DNA of 64,000 bases from an uncultured Bdellovibrionales bacterium (GTDB lineage: Bacteria; Patescibacteriota; Minisyncoccia; Moranbacterales; UBA9337). The notes beneath the pieces were generated by a model. It was not told the origin of the DNA and did not search any database. It was given only the letters and a program-made list of their open reading frames with translations. The translations under genes and the position numbers were made by a program. Shown piece after piece: positions 29,526 through 38,030 of the stretch. Location of the stretch: assembly GCA_964605525.1 (NCBI GenBank), contig CAZSCV010000005.1, forward strand, positions 39,256 to 103,255. The letters are read 5' to 3'. Positions within the stretch are counted from its first letter, which is position 1. Every line of letters begins with the position of its first letter.

Positions 29526-30839
29526 ATGAATATTGCAATAATTGGTTCGGGTTATGTTGGGCTGGTCACTGGTGCGTGTCTAGCGGAATTTGGGCATCGG
29601 GTCATCTGCATGGATAAAGACAGCAGTAAAATCGAACGGCTTCGTAACGGCGAGATGCCCATTTACGAACCGGGATTGGATGCCTTGGTGGTCAAGAACG
29701 TCAAAGACGGCAGGTTGTCCTTCACCAGCAATATGGAAGAGAGCGTCAGTCAGGCCAAAGCTGTTTTTATCGCCGTGGGCACCCCCTCGTCCCGTCGTGG
29801 CGACGGCTATGCTGACTTGACCTATATTTATGCTGCAGCCAGGGATCTGGCCCCGTATTTAGGCAAATACACGGTGGTGGTTGATAAGAGCACCGTCCCG
29901 GTTGGCACAGCCAGACAGGTTGCGCGCGTCATAAGAGAGGCAAATCCCGCCGCCCAGTTTGATGTGGTTTCCAACCCGGAATTTTTACGGGAAGGCGCGG
30001 CAATCAATGATTTTATGCGTCCGGACCGGGTGGTCATCGGAATTGAGACGGAACGGGCCAGCGAGGTCATGAAAGAAATTTATAATCCTCTATACCTGAT
30101 CGCCACCCCATTTGTCTTAACCGGACTTGAAACCGCCGAACTGATCAAATACGCCTCAAATGCCTTCCTGTCGATGAAGATCTCGTTTATTAACGAGATG
30201 GCAAATGTGTGCGAGGTCTTGGGAGCGGATGTTATTGATCTGGCCAAAGCCGTTGGGCTTGATGGGCGCATTGGAAGGAAATTTTTACATCCCGGTCCCG
30301 GTTATGGTGGTTCCTGCTTTCCGAAAGATACATTGGCTTTGTTGCGAATTGCGCAGGAGAATGGAGTTCCAATTCGAACTGTCGCGGCAGCAGTTGAGAC
30401 TAATGCTGCTCAAAAAGCGGCGATGGTGAAAAAGATTCGTGACGCCCTCGGCGGTTCGGAGGCCGGCAAGACTATCGGAGTTCTTGGCTTGACTTTTAAG
30501 CCGGAAACGGATGATTTGCGAGATGCTCCGGCACTAACGATCTTGCCACCTCTTTTTGAAAAGGGGGCAAAAATTCAGGCGCACGATCCACAAGGAATGA
30601 CAGAGTGCGCCAAAATGTTTCCGGAATTTTCTTATGTTGGAGATGCGTACGAGGCAGCCGAGGGCGCGGATGTTCTCGTGCTGATGACAGAATGGAATCA
30701 GTATCGCGCGCTTGATTTGCAGGAGCTGAAATCCAGGATGAAAGCCTTGGTATTTGTTGACCTGCGCAATGTGTATAATCATAAGCAGGTGAAGGATGCC
30801 GGATTTACGTATGTTGGCGTAGGACGGGGAGGGTTGTAA
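29526..30839 (+). CDS. ugd: UDP-glucose 6-dehydrogenase
   Basis: IGSGYVG, KSTVPVGT, SNPEFLREG, GYGGSCFPKD, FKPETDDLR. Confidence 0.95.
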   Translation: MNIAIIGSGYVGLVTGACLAEFGHRVICMDKDSSKIERLRNGEMPIYEPGLDALVVKNVKDGRLSFTSNMEESVSQAKAVFIAVGTPSSRRGDGYADLTYIYAAARDLAPYLGKYTVVVDKSTVPVGTARQVARVIREANPAAQFDVVSNPEFLREGAAINDFMRPDRVVIGIETERASEVMKEIYNPLYLIATPFVLTGLETAELIKYASNAFLSMKISFINEMANVCEVLGADVIDLAKAVGLDGRIGRKFLHPGPGYGGSCFPKDTLALLRIAQENGVPIRTVAAAVETNAAQKAAMVKKIRDALGGSEAGKTIGVLGLTFKPETDDLRDAPALTILPPLFEKGAKIQAHDPQGMTECAKMFPEFSYVGDAYEAAEGADVLVLMTEWNQYRALDLQELKSRMKALVFVDLRNVYNHKQVKDAGFTYVGVGRGGL

Positions 30840-30857
30840 GGTCTGCGCCAAAATATA

Positions 30858-30890
30858 CTACATTTTTCTCACGATCGCGAGATTTTGTAG
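30858..30890. repeat. Imperfect palindrome centred on CGATCG, copy B
   Basis: Reverse complement of copy A over 23 bp; arms extend to about 30851-30899. Confidence 0.9.
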
Positions 30891-30917
30891 TATATATTTG
30901 ATGAGTGTAAAAATAGC

Positions 30918-30957
30918 AAAGCTCCGATAATCATGATTGATTGCCGGAGCTTTTTTT
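30918..30957. terminator. Bidirectional terminator
   Basis: AAAGCTCCG...CGGAGCTTTTTTT between convergent genes. Confidence 0.75.
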
Positions 30958-30978
30958 ATGGAGCGGGAGAAGTAGCTT

Positions 30979-31116
30979 TTATTTAAAGACTACGAAAATT
31001 ACCACAGGACCCTTGCCGCCAATACGCATTGGCTCTCCGCACGCCTCAATGGACTCAGGGGCGGTGTTCTCAAACTCTTCAATCGTGATCGGTACTGCCT
31101 TTTTTTCAGAAGACAT
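30979..31116 (-). CDS. 45-aa small protein (missed by the ORF track)
   Basis: AAAGGAGGTG-4 nt-ATG; MSSEKKAVPITIEEFENTAPESIEACGEPMRIGGKGPVVIFVVFK*; followed by a terminator. Confidence 0.6.
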   Translation of the reverse strand: MSSEKKAVPITIEEFENTAPESIEACGEPMRIGGKGPVVIFVVFK

Positions 31117-31140
31117 AAGTCACCTCCTTTCGGTGTTTTT

Positions 31141-32418
31141 TTATCTTCCTATCCCTTTGTAAATCACTCCTTGCTTTTCAAAAGCTATTTTGTCGAGGCA
31201 GTTTTTGCCGTCGATTATGATTTTTATTTTGTGCTTTTTGAAAAGTTTCGGGTCGATTTCTTTGAACGCCTTGTGGTCGGTTACCAAGACAACTGCTTCA
31301 GATTTTTTCAGCAATTCCTCAATATTTTTAACAGTGGACATTTTCGGAAAATAGGGGTCAAAGATTTCCACTTTAGCTCTGTGTTTTTTGATTTCTTCAA
31401 TTACCTTGAGAGCGGGAGTTTCGCGCAAATCATCAACATTGGCTTTGTAAGAAAGTCCAAGAATTCCGATTTTGGTTCCGTTGAGAGGTTTTTTTATTTT
31501 GTTCAATTCCTCGTGCAGAAGCTCAACAGTATAAAGTGGCATTGAGTTGTTTATTTTTCTGGCTATTTTGAGGAATTCATGGTCAAAACCGGAAAGCTTG
31601 GCGCGCTCAATCAAATAATACGGATCAACCGGAATACAATGTCCGCCAACTCCGCAACTTGGCCAGTGAGCCATAAAAGAGAAGGGTTTGGTGGAAGCGC
31701 CAGTAATCACATCTTTGACATCAATCCCCATTTTGTCGAAAGATTTTGCCAGCTCGTTAACAAAAGCGATGTTAATGTCGCGGAAAGAATTTTCCACCAC
31801 TTTCACCGCTTCAGCTTCACGAATTGATTTCATCGGAAAAATTTCTGCGTCAATGATTGCTCGGTAAAAATTCAAGGCTTTGTCTAATCCTTGTTTGTCA
31901 AATGATCCAACTACGCGTGGAATGTTTGTTACGTTCCATTTCGGATCTCCAGGGTTGATTCGTTCCGGGCAATGCGCCAAAAAATAATCTTTTCCAACTT
32001 TGAATCCCGCTTCGGCAAACATCGGTTCAACTATTTCTTCACAAACGCCGGGATTGATAGTGGATTCAATGACAATCAGTTGTCCTTTTTTGAAATTGCG
32101 AACAATTGACGCAACTGCTCCGCGCACCGGACTCAGATCCGGAAAAAATAATTTATCAACAGGAGTGGGAACACAAACCAAAACAATGTCGGATTGTTTG
32201 ATTATTTTTTCATCAGTAGTAGCCGTGAGTTTCACGATAGGAAGATTTTTGTGCAAAAATTCTTCTTCAATGGGACTTTTTCCTGCTTGAATTTTTTTAA
32301 TTTTTTCTTTGTCCATATCTAGACCGAAGACCTCAAAACCTTTGAGCGCCGATTGGACGGCAAGAGGGAGCCCGACATAACCCAAACCGATGATGCAAAC
32401 CTTTGCTGTGTTTTTCAT
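31141..32418 (-). CDS. Nucleotide sugar dehydrogenase (UDP-GlcNAc/ManNAc dehydrogenase family)
   Basis: GLGYVGLPL, CVPTP, ESTINPG, PERINPG, GVGGHCIPVDP. Confidence 0.92.
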   Translation of the reverse strand: MKNTAKVCIIGLGYVGLPLAVQSALKGFEVFGLDMDKEKIKKIQAGKSPIEEEFLHKNLPIVKLTATTDEKIIKQSDIVLVCVPTPVDKLFFPDLSPVRGAVASIVRNFKKGQLIVIESTINPGVCEEIVEPMFAEAGFKVGKDYFLAHCPERINPGDPKWNVTNIPRVVGSFDKQGLDKALNFYRAIIDAEIFPMKSIREAEAVKVVENSFRDINIAFVNELAKSFDKMGIDVKDVITGASTKPFSFMAHWPSCGVGGHCIPVDPYYLIERAKLSGFDHEFLKIARKINNSMPLYTVELLHEELNKIKKPLNGTKIGILGLSYKANVDDLRETPALKVIEEIKKHRAKVEIFDPYFPKMSTVKNIEELLKKSEAVVLVTDHKAFKEIDPKLFKKHKIKIIIDGKNCLDKIAFEKQGVIYKGIGR

Positions 32419-32465
32419 AGTTTTTTTAATTTTTTATTACCTGCGTATTTAGATAATTTTCGTAT

Positions 32466-32546
32466 GGTTTTTCGAAAAAACATTTTTTTCTCCGGTCCTT
32501 TCGAGGGACGCGGACAGCTGCGAAAAAAACATTTTTTCGGAAAACC
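32466..32546. other. Long hairpin element (candidate structured RNA or MITE)
   Basis: Roughly 25-bp imperfect terminal IR enclosing a GC-rich TCCG-GTCCTT(TCG)AGGGAC-G-CGGA stem. Confidence 0.5.
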
Positions 32547-32633
32547 GAGAGTATTGTTATTTAATTGCGTAAGTTCTAAATTTACGCAAATTGTAGAAGC
32601 AATAATGTTATTATATTATTTTCAAGCTTTTCG

Positions 32634-33590
32634 TCAACCGAAACTTATTTTTTTGATTATTTCTTTGACATCTTTGAGATTTTTTATTTGTACCGCACGG
32701 GCGCGCCACGCGCCGGCATCGGGAATGCTTTTCAGGTAGGAAGCGAGATGCGCGCGGAAGATAACGAAGCCTTTTTCGCCGAAATATTTTTCCACCAATT
32801 CGGCGTGGCGCAAAATGGTTTTCTTTTTTTCAACTTCGCTTGGGAAGGAATATTTTCCGGTTTGAAAGAAATCTTTGATTTGGGAAAATATCCAGGGATT
32901 TCCGATGGCTGCTTGTCCAATCATCAATTGAATACATCCGGTTTTTTGCGCGTAAAAAAGCGCATCTTCAGGGGATTTGATTCCACCGTTGTAAACGATA
33001 GGAATTTTTAACATTGCTGTGAGTTTTTTGACTATTTCCCAGTTCGGTTCCTGATGAAACATTCCCGGTAATGTCCGGGCGTGAACAATCAGGCAATCAA
33101 TCCCGGCTTTTTCTAATTTTGGAGCAAATGACAAAACTTCTTTTGGATCAGAAAGTCCTAGTCGAGTTTTGATTGAAAGGGGAAGGGAGACACTTTTTTT
33201 TATTTCGCGCACTATTTTTTCAACTGACTCAATATCTCCCATTTGGCAAGCGCCATAGCCCGCTTTTTTTGCTTTGGGAACAGGACATCCCAAATTGATA
33301 TTAATTTCCATCGGATGAATTTTTTCTTCAACAGTTTTGGCGGCACTCACCATTGATTCAATATTGCTTCCGAAAATTTGTACAGTGTAATTTTTTTCTG
33401 AGGGAGAATATTTTTCCGCCAAAGATAGGGATTTGTTTAATTTTGAAGAATTTCGCACTAATCCTTCAGCACTAATCATTTCACTCCAAGTGATGTCGGC
33501 ACCGTTTTCGACGCAAATTTGCCTCATCGCCTTATCGGTAAATCCGGCCATTGGAGCCAAGTGCAATTTTAAATTATTAAATTGTTTCAT
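32634..33590 (-). CDS. tRNA-dihydrouridine synthase (Dus family; likely start 33590)
   Basis: LAPMAGFTD, NINLGCP, SIKTRLG, VHART, NGGI, GNPWIF. Confidence 0.92.
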   Translation of the reverse strand: MKQFNNLKLHLAPMAGFTDKAMRQICVENGADITWSEMISAEGLVRNSSKLNKSLSLAEKYSPSEKNYTVQIFGSNIESMVSAAKTVEEKIHPMEININLGCPVPKAKKAGYGACQMGDIESVEKIVREIKKSVSLPLSIKTRLGLSDPKEVLSFAPKLEKAGIDCLIVHARTLPGMFHQEPNWEIVKKLTAMLKIPIVYNGGIKSPEDALFYAQKTGCIQLMIGQAAIGNPWIFSQIKDFFQTGKYSFPSEVEKKKTILRHAELVEKYFGEKGFVIFRAHLASYLKSIPDAGAWRARAVQIKNLKDVKEIIKKISFG

Positions 33591-33695
33591 TATTAAATTG
33601 TTCAAAATTGTAAATTAAAAGTTTTTGGATTATAATTAAAATCACATAGTCAGTGTATACCTGCCTATAATCAGTTTATATCAGTCTATAAAATA

Positions 33696-34880
33696 ATGAA
33701 AGAAAAACAAAAAATAATCAAGGTGGGGATTAATGCTTCTTTTTTACGCAAGCCCAGTAATGGTACTGGACAAGTTACGAGTAATTTTCTTGGCAAACTG
33801 ATTGAAAAAAACTGGAAAAGTTTGGAGCGGAATATTCAATATGTTTTGTATTTGGAAGAAGATATTAATTGGGCGTTGCCGGGGAATTTCGAGAAGCGTG
33901 TTTTTTTGCCAATTTGGAAGCGGGATGATTTGATCCGCAAAATTTGGTGGGAAAAATACTTGTTGCCGTGCCAAGTGAAAAAAGACGGGTGTGATATTTT
34001 TTTAAGCATGTATCAATGCCCGACAATATTGAAAAAAATAAAGCATATAATGGTGGTTCATGATATTATTCCAAAGCTTTTTCCTGAATATTTGAATAAT
34101 TGGAGAAAAAAAATATATTGGAGTATAACAGAAAAGGCAATTGCCAAAGCCGGCAAGATTGTTGCGGTTTCAATTCATACTGAAAAAGACCTGATCCGCC
34201 ATTTGGGACTGAATGCTTCCGATATTGCTGTTAATTATATTGATGTTGATGAGATGTATAAGAAGGAAGTTTCCGAGCGAGAAATAGAAAGAGTTATGGC
34301 TAAATATGACATCAAGCGCGGATATATTTATGCCGGTGGGGGAATGGAAGTACGCAAGAATATTGAGGGCGTAATCCGGGCTTATGGATTGCTTTTGGAA
34401 AAAAACAAAAGAGAACATTTTTTGAGCTATTTTCCGAATTTGGTTGTCAGTGGAAAATTGCTCCCGCAGTTGGCACCCCTGATAACTGATGCGGAAAAAT
34501 TGGTGCGGGAATTGAATTTGACAGCTCACGTAAAACTATTGGATTTTGTTCCGCAAGAAGATTTGCCGGCTTTGTATTCCGCTGCTAGTGTTTTTGTATA
34601 TCCTTCGTTTTATGAAGGTTTTGGACTCCCGATTTTGGAAGCGATGAATCAAAATACTCCGGTGGTGACTTCGCGCAATTCTTCCTTGGAAGAAGTTGGG
34701 GGCGATGCGGTGCAATATTGCCATTCGGACAGTGTTTCCGATATTGCCGGAGCGGTGAAAAATGTTCTCTTGAACAAAGAGCACAAAAAAGAACTTGTTC
34801 GCCGCGGAAAAGAAAGATCGAAATATTTTTCCTGGAACAAATTCACTGACAAAATGCTGGAATATTTTTCCAATAATTAA
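33696..34880 (+). CDS. Glycosyltransferase family 4
   Basis: VHDIIP, RKNIEG, YEGFGLPILEAM. Confidence 0.92.
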   Translation: MKEKQKIIKVGINASFLRKPSNGTGQVTSNFLGKLIEKNWKSLERNIQYVLYLEEDINWALPGNFEKRVFLPIWKRDDLIRKIWWEKYLLPCQVKKDGCDIFLSMYQCPTILKKIKHIMVVHDIIPKLFPEYLNNWRKKIYWSITEKAIAKAGKIVAVSIHTEKDLIRHLGLNASDIAVNYIDVDEMYKKEVSEREIERVMAKYDIKRGYIYAGGGMEVRKNIEGVIRAYGLLLEKNKREHFLSYFPNLVVSGKLLPQLAPLITDAEKLVRELNLTAHVKLLDFVPQEDLPALYSAASVFVYPSFYEGFGLPILEAMNQNTPVVTSRNSSLEEVGGDAVQYCHSDSVSDIAGAVKNVLLNKEHKKELVRRGKERSKYFSWNKFTDKMLEYFSNN

Positions 34881-34899
34881 TAATTGAAATAAAAAAAGT

Positions 34900-35253
34900 A
34901 TGAAAACTGAACAGTCATCCGGTTTTGAGGGTTTGCCGGAAAATAGTGTGAGTAATTTTGAAGAACCGAAAGATCTTCCTCCTTTTGCGGCGGAAATCAA
35001 AAGCGCAATGGAAGGGGAGTCGGGATGTGATTTGTTAAAAAGGTTTCTTTCCACGGAAGTTTTGTCTGATTCCAAAAAAGTTGAAAAATTGGATTTGATT
35101 TTAAATTCCATAGGAGAAACTCCGCGCTCTCTTTTCTTGGCTGAAAATGAAGGCGCGGCTGCCATCGAATCGCTCAGAGAACTTCTTGTTTCGGAAATCG
35201 ACAAAGAAGCAGAAAAGAAACGAAGAAACGAATTAAAGGATATTTTGGGATAA
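34900..35253 (+). CDS. Hypothetical acidic protein
   Basis: 117-aa ORF with host-like codon use; no recognised motif. Confidence 0.6.
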   Translation: MKTEQSSGFEGLPENSVSNFEEPKDLPPFAAEIKSAMEGESGCDLLKRFLSTEVLSDSKKVEKLDLILNSIGETPRSLFLAENEGAAAIESLRELLVSEIDKEAEKKRRNELKDILG

Positions 35254-35280
35254 AATGTTGTTTCTGCATTCTGAATAACC

Positions 35281-35800
35281 TTGTCATTTCCGCTCTAATA
35301 TTTTGTTACTCCCGCTCTTAATTTTGTTACTCCCGCTCTTAATTTTGTCATTCCCGCGGAGGCGGGAATCCAGCATGAGTATGAAAATATATTGCGTTTA
35401 CATTTTAACCAACCAAAGGAATGGAACGTTATACATTGGAATAACGAGTAATTTAAAGAATAGAATTTTTCAACATAAAGAAAAAATGTTCGAAGGTTTT
35501 ACGAAAAAATATGGAATTGACAAATTGATTTATTTTGAACAAACGGAAGATGTGCAAAGCGCCTTGCGCAGAGAAAAACAATTGAAAAAATGGAATAGGG
35601 ATTGGAAATTGAGATTGATTGAAGAAAAAAATCCCCAATGGAAAGATTTATATGATGAATTATAAATTTGTGCAGTTGTAAGTTTTCTGGATTCCCGCCT
35701 CCGCGGGAATGACAAGTGGAGGTGGGAATGATAAAAAAGAGATGGGAATAATGAAGTGAAGAAGAGAATGATAAGGTAAAGAAGTGGGGGATGATGAGTA
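35281..35800. mobile_element. GIY-YIG gene enclosed by inverted REP-like palindromes and polar half-REP arrays
   Basis: Perfect 29-bp IR 35345-35373/35687-35715; degenerate tandem units of about 20-21 bp outside both ends. Confidence 0.7.
35375..35665 (+). CDS. GIY-YIG nuclease family protein (small stand-alone type)
   Basis: YCVYILTNQRNGTLYIGITSNL..R..QH, REKQLKKWNRDWKLRLIE..NPQW.DLY. Confidence 0.93.
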   Translation: MSMKIYCVYILTNQRNGTLYIGITSNLKNRIFQHKEKMFEGFTKKYGIDKLIYFEQTEDVQSALRREKQLKKWNRDWKLRLIEEKNPQWKDLYDEL

Positions 35801-35820
35801 GAGAGGGAAGCCTTATAAAT

Positions 35821-35858
35821 AAAAAATCGGCAGGCGCAACTTGTGCGTCTGCCAATTG
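35821..35858 (-). terminator. Intrinsic terminator
   Basis: GGCAGGCGCA...TGCGTCTGCC stem with A-tract. Confidence 0.75.
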
Positions 35859-35860
35859 AA

Positions 35861-36259
35861 TCAAGGAAATTGATAATACGCCTTGTCGTATTCGTCTGTT
35901 TTATTATTGGTGAATTTTTCGGAATGAAACATTATTTGATTTCCGTTCCTAAGATTTAAATAATAATCGCCAGTCGACATCATTGGCACCATTAGTAGCG
36001 ATTCATTATTAACATCCGCAGTTGTGCTGGTCTTGATGACCAGCACGCTTTTCACAAAATCCTTGGGAAAAAACAATACAGCGGAACTGGATTCCTTAAT
36101 AATGTTAGCTTGCCGGGTGATCGTTTCTTCCAGCTCGGCAATGCGGTTGTCTTTTTTTACAATTGCGGTCGCACCCATAACGAATCCCGCCAGCAGTACG
36201 GATACGAGAACTATTAATCCGATTATTTTTTCTTTTTCCAATGCCTGTTGTTGATTCAT
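35861..36259 (-). CDS. Single-TM orphan protein (likely start 36259)
   Basis: GGGGAGGAG SD before ATG36259; TM helix followed by a short coiled coil. Confidence 0.7.
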   Translation of the reverse strand: MNQQQALEKEKIIGLIVLVSVLLAGFVMGATAIVKKDNRIAELEETITRQANIIKESSSAVLFFPKDFVKSVLVIKTSTTADVNNESLLMVPMMSTGDYYLNLRNGNQIMFHSEKFTNNKTDEYDKAYYQFP

Positions 36260-36367
36260 CTTTTCTCCTCCCCGAGAATTTTTATTTATGGTATAATAAT
36301 ACAAATTGTTAAATTAACTGTCGACTGACTAACTTCTAATGTTTTCATATTTTCGACAATTTGTCAA
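36260..36367 (-). promoter_or_regulatory. Leader with boxA-like motif and strong SD
   Basis: TTGACA (36367-36362) with a weak -10; GTTAATTTAACAATTTG (36318-36302); GGGGAGGAG. Confidence 0.5.
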
Positions 36368-38030
36368 TGCGGGGAAACCCCTCCTCAATCCTCCCCTTGG
36401 AAAAGGGAGGAGGTTTGGGATTGGAGCTTGGCTAATTTGGGCCAATGTTTTTTTGGTTTTCTTTTTGATTTTGCTTTCCAATTTCTCTGTTTTGCCAGTG
36501 AAAAATGTTGGGGATTTTCTTTTTTTTGCGGTGATTGTTTTGCTGTTTTCTTTATACCGTCCAGGGTGGGCGTTTTTGTTTTTTGTGGGGACGATTGCTT
36601 TGGAGAATGTGAATTTGGCGCCAAAAGAATTGGGATTGGCAGTGCGACCGTATCAGCTTTTGGGTGCCGCTTCTTTGATTGCTGTTGTGATTCGATATTT
36701 TACCAAGCGTCTTTCATTTGCATTGCCAAAATGGAATTGGATTGACACGTTGATTTTGGTTTTTGCATCAAGTGGATTTGTCAGTGCGCTGGCGAGTCCG
36801 ATTTCCAAAGGAATTGCGTTCAAGCAATCGATCGTGATTGCAAGTTTTGCGGCGCTGTATTTTTTGACGAGGATTTTTATTCAGGACTTGAAGGATGTGA
36901 AAAAAATAATTCCGTATTTTTTGAGTTCGTCGGTGGTTGTGATTGGATATGGAATTTGGCAAAACTGGCGATTTGTTCGCGGATTTTCTCATTTTGAAGT
37001 GATGCCTGGGCGTCCCAATGCGACATTTTCCGAGGCGGACTGGGCCGGAATTTATTTAACTTTTTTATTAAGTGTGATATACGCATTGGTTTTCTTTTTT
37101 TGTAAAACTCAAGGCGATGCAAATTCCGGAATTTCCAATTTCCAATTTCCAATTTCTAAACAATTTCCAATTCTTAAATTAAATAATTTAAAATTTAAAA
37201 TCCAAAATTTTTTCTTATACTTAATTCTTACTTCTTTATTCTTGATTCTTATTCTAACTGTTGCACGGAGCGCTTGGTTGGGAGCGGGGGCTGTTAGCGT
37301 TCTGTTTTTTGCGTTTTGCGTTTGGTATTATTTTAAGAATAAAAATTCAAAAATTCTCTGGATTCCCGCTTTCACGGGAATGACATTGGTATTGGCGATT
37401 CTTATTATTAAAGTTTTCGGTTTGACGAATTTTGAATTGGGAAATCGAATTCAAAGCACCGGGTCAGGACTTCAGGAGATTACAATCTCTTGCTTGTCCG
37501 TATCGAAGATTGACCCCGAGTTGGTGATTGCGGATGTCAAAGAGTTGGAACAATATGGTTGCCGGCATATCAATTTGGAGGAAATTGAAAGTGAAGAATC
37601 GATGGGAAATTTTGTTGCGCGCGTAAAAAGAAATGATCCGAACGTGAATATTCGCGCTGAAATTTATCAATCGTCGTGGGAGCAAATCAAAGCGCATCCG
37701 ATTTTGGGAATTGGCTGGGGGAATATTTCGCAAATTTTGGGAACGGATGATTTGGGACACGGCCTTAATGCGAGTAATATATTTTTAGAAATATGGCTGG
37801 GAGCGGGACTATTAGGTATTGTTAGCTTCATTGTTATTTTAGGATTAATATTAATGCAAGGTATTCGTTTATTATATGAAGGAATCAAGAGTCAGGAATC
37901 AAGAATTATGATTTTTGGATTTTTTATTATTTTGAGCCTATGCGCAATTGTTGTTCCAAATTTGTTTAATTCCGGAATTATGTTAGGATTTTTGTGGGTA
38001 TGGCTGGCGGTAGTGCAAGCAAAAATATGA
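36339..38030 (+). CDS. O-antigen ligase family membrane protein containing several repeat-derived insertions
   Basis: Multi-TM; RPNATFSEAD, TVARSAWLG, HPILGIGWG, NIFLEIWLGAGLLG. Confidence 0.85.
   Translation: MFSYFRQFVNAGKPLLNPPLGKGRRFGIGAWLIWANVFLVFFLILLSNFSVLPVKNVGDFLFFAVIVLLFSLYRPGWAFLFFVGTIALENVNLAPKELGLAVRPYQLLGAASLIAVVIRYFTKRLSFALPKWNWIDTLILVFASSGFVSALASPISKGIAFKQSIVIASFAALYFLTRIFIQDLKDVKKIIPYFLSSSVVVIGYGIWQNWRFVRGFSHFEVMPGRPNATFSEADWAGIYLTFLLSVIYALVFFFCKTQGDANSGISNFQFPISKQFPILKLNNLKFKIQNFFLYLILTSLFLILILTVARSAWLGAGAVSVLFFAFCVWYYFKNKNSKILWIPAFTGMTLVLAILIIKVFGLTNFELGNRIQSTGSGLQEITISCLSVSKIDPELVIADVKELEQYGCRHINLEEIESEESMGNFVARVKRNDPNVNIRAEIYQSSWEQIKAHPILGIGWGNISQILGTDDLGHGLNASNIFLEIWLGAGLLGIVSFIVILGLILMQGIRLLYEGIKSQESRIMIFGFFIILSLCAIVVPNLFNSGIMLGFLWVWLAVVQAKI
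37358..37385. repeat. REP-like palindrome inside the ligase gene (encodes WIPAFTGMT)
   Basis: 25/28 identical to 35687-35714. Confidence 0.85.

Noticed and set aside
19976-31116. Prophage or integrative element
   Set aside because: No integrase, replication or virion genes; the same cassette design also occurs singly at 36259, 41880 and 60474.
32490-32522. SRP RNA or self-cleaving ribozyme
   Set aside because: Lacks the SRP helix-8 CAGG..GNRA..AGCAG pattern and the hammerhead core.
35281-35373. 21-bp tandem units as a CRISPR array
   Set aside because: Units are too short, spacers are not unique (two are identical), and there are no cas genes; better explained as half-REP copies.
35303-35374. 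N-terminal extension MLLPLLILLLPLLILSFPRRRESS of the GIY-YIG ORF as a signal peptide
   Set aside because: It is just the translation of the tandem repeats and REP; the real start is probably 35375 or 35381.
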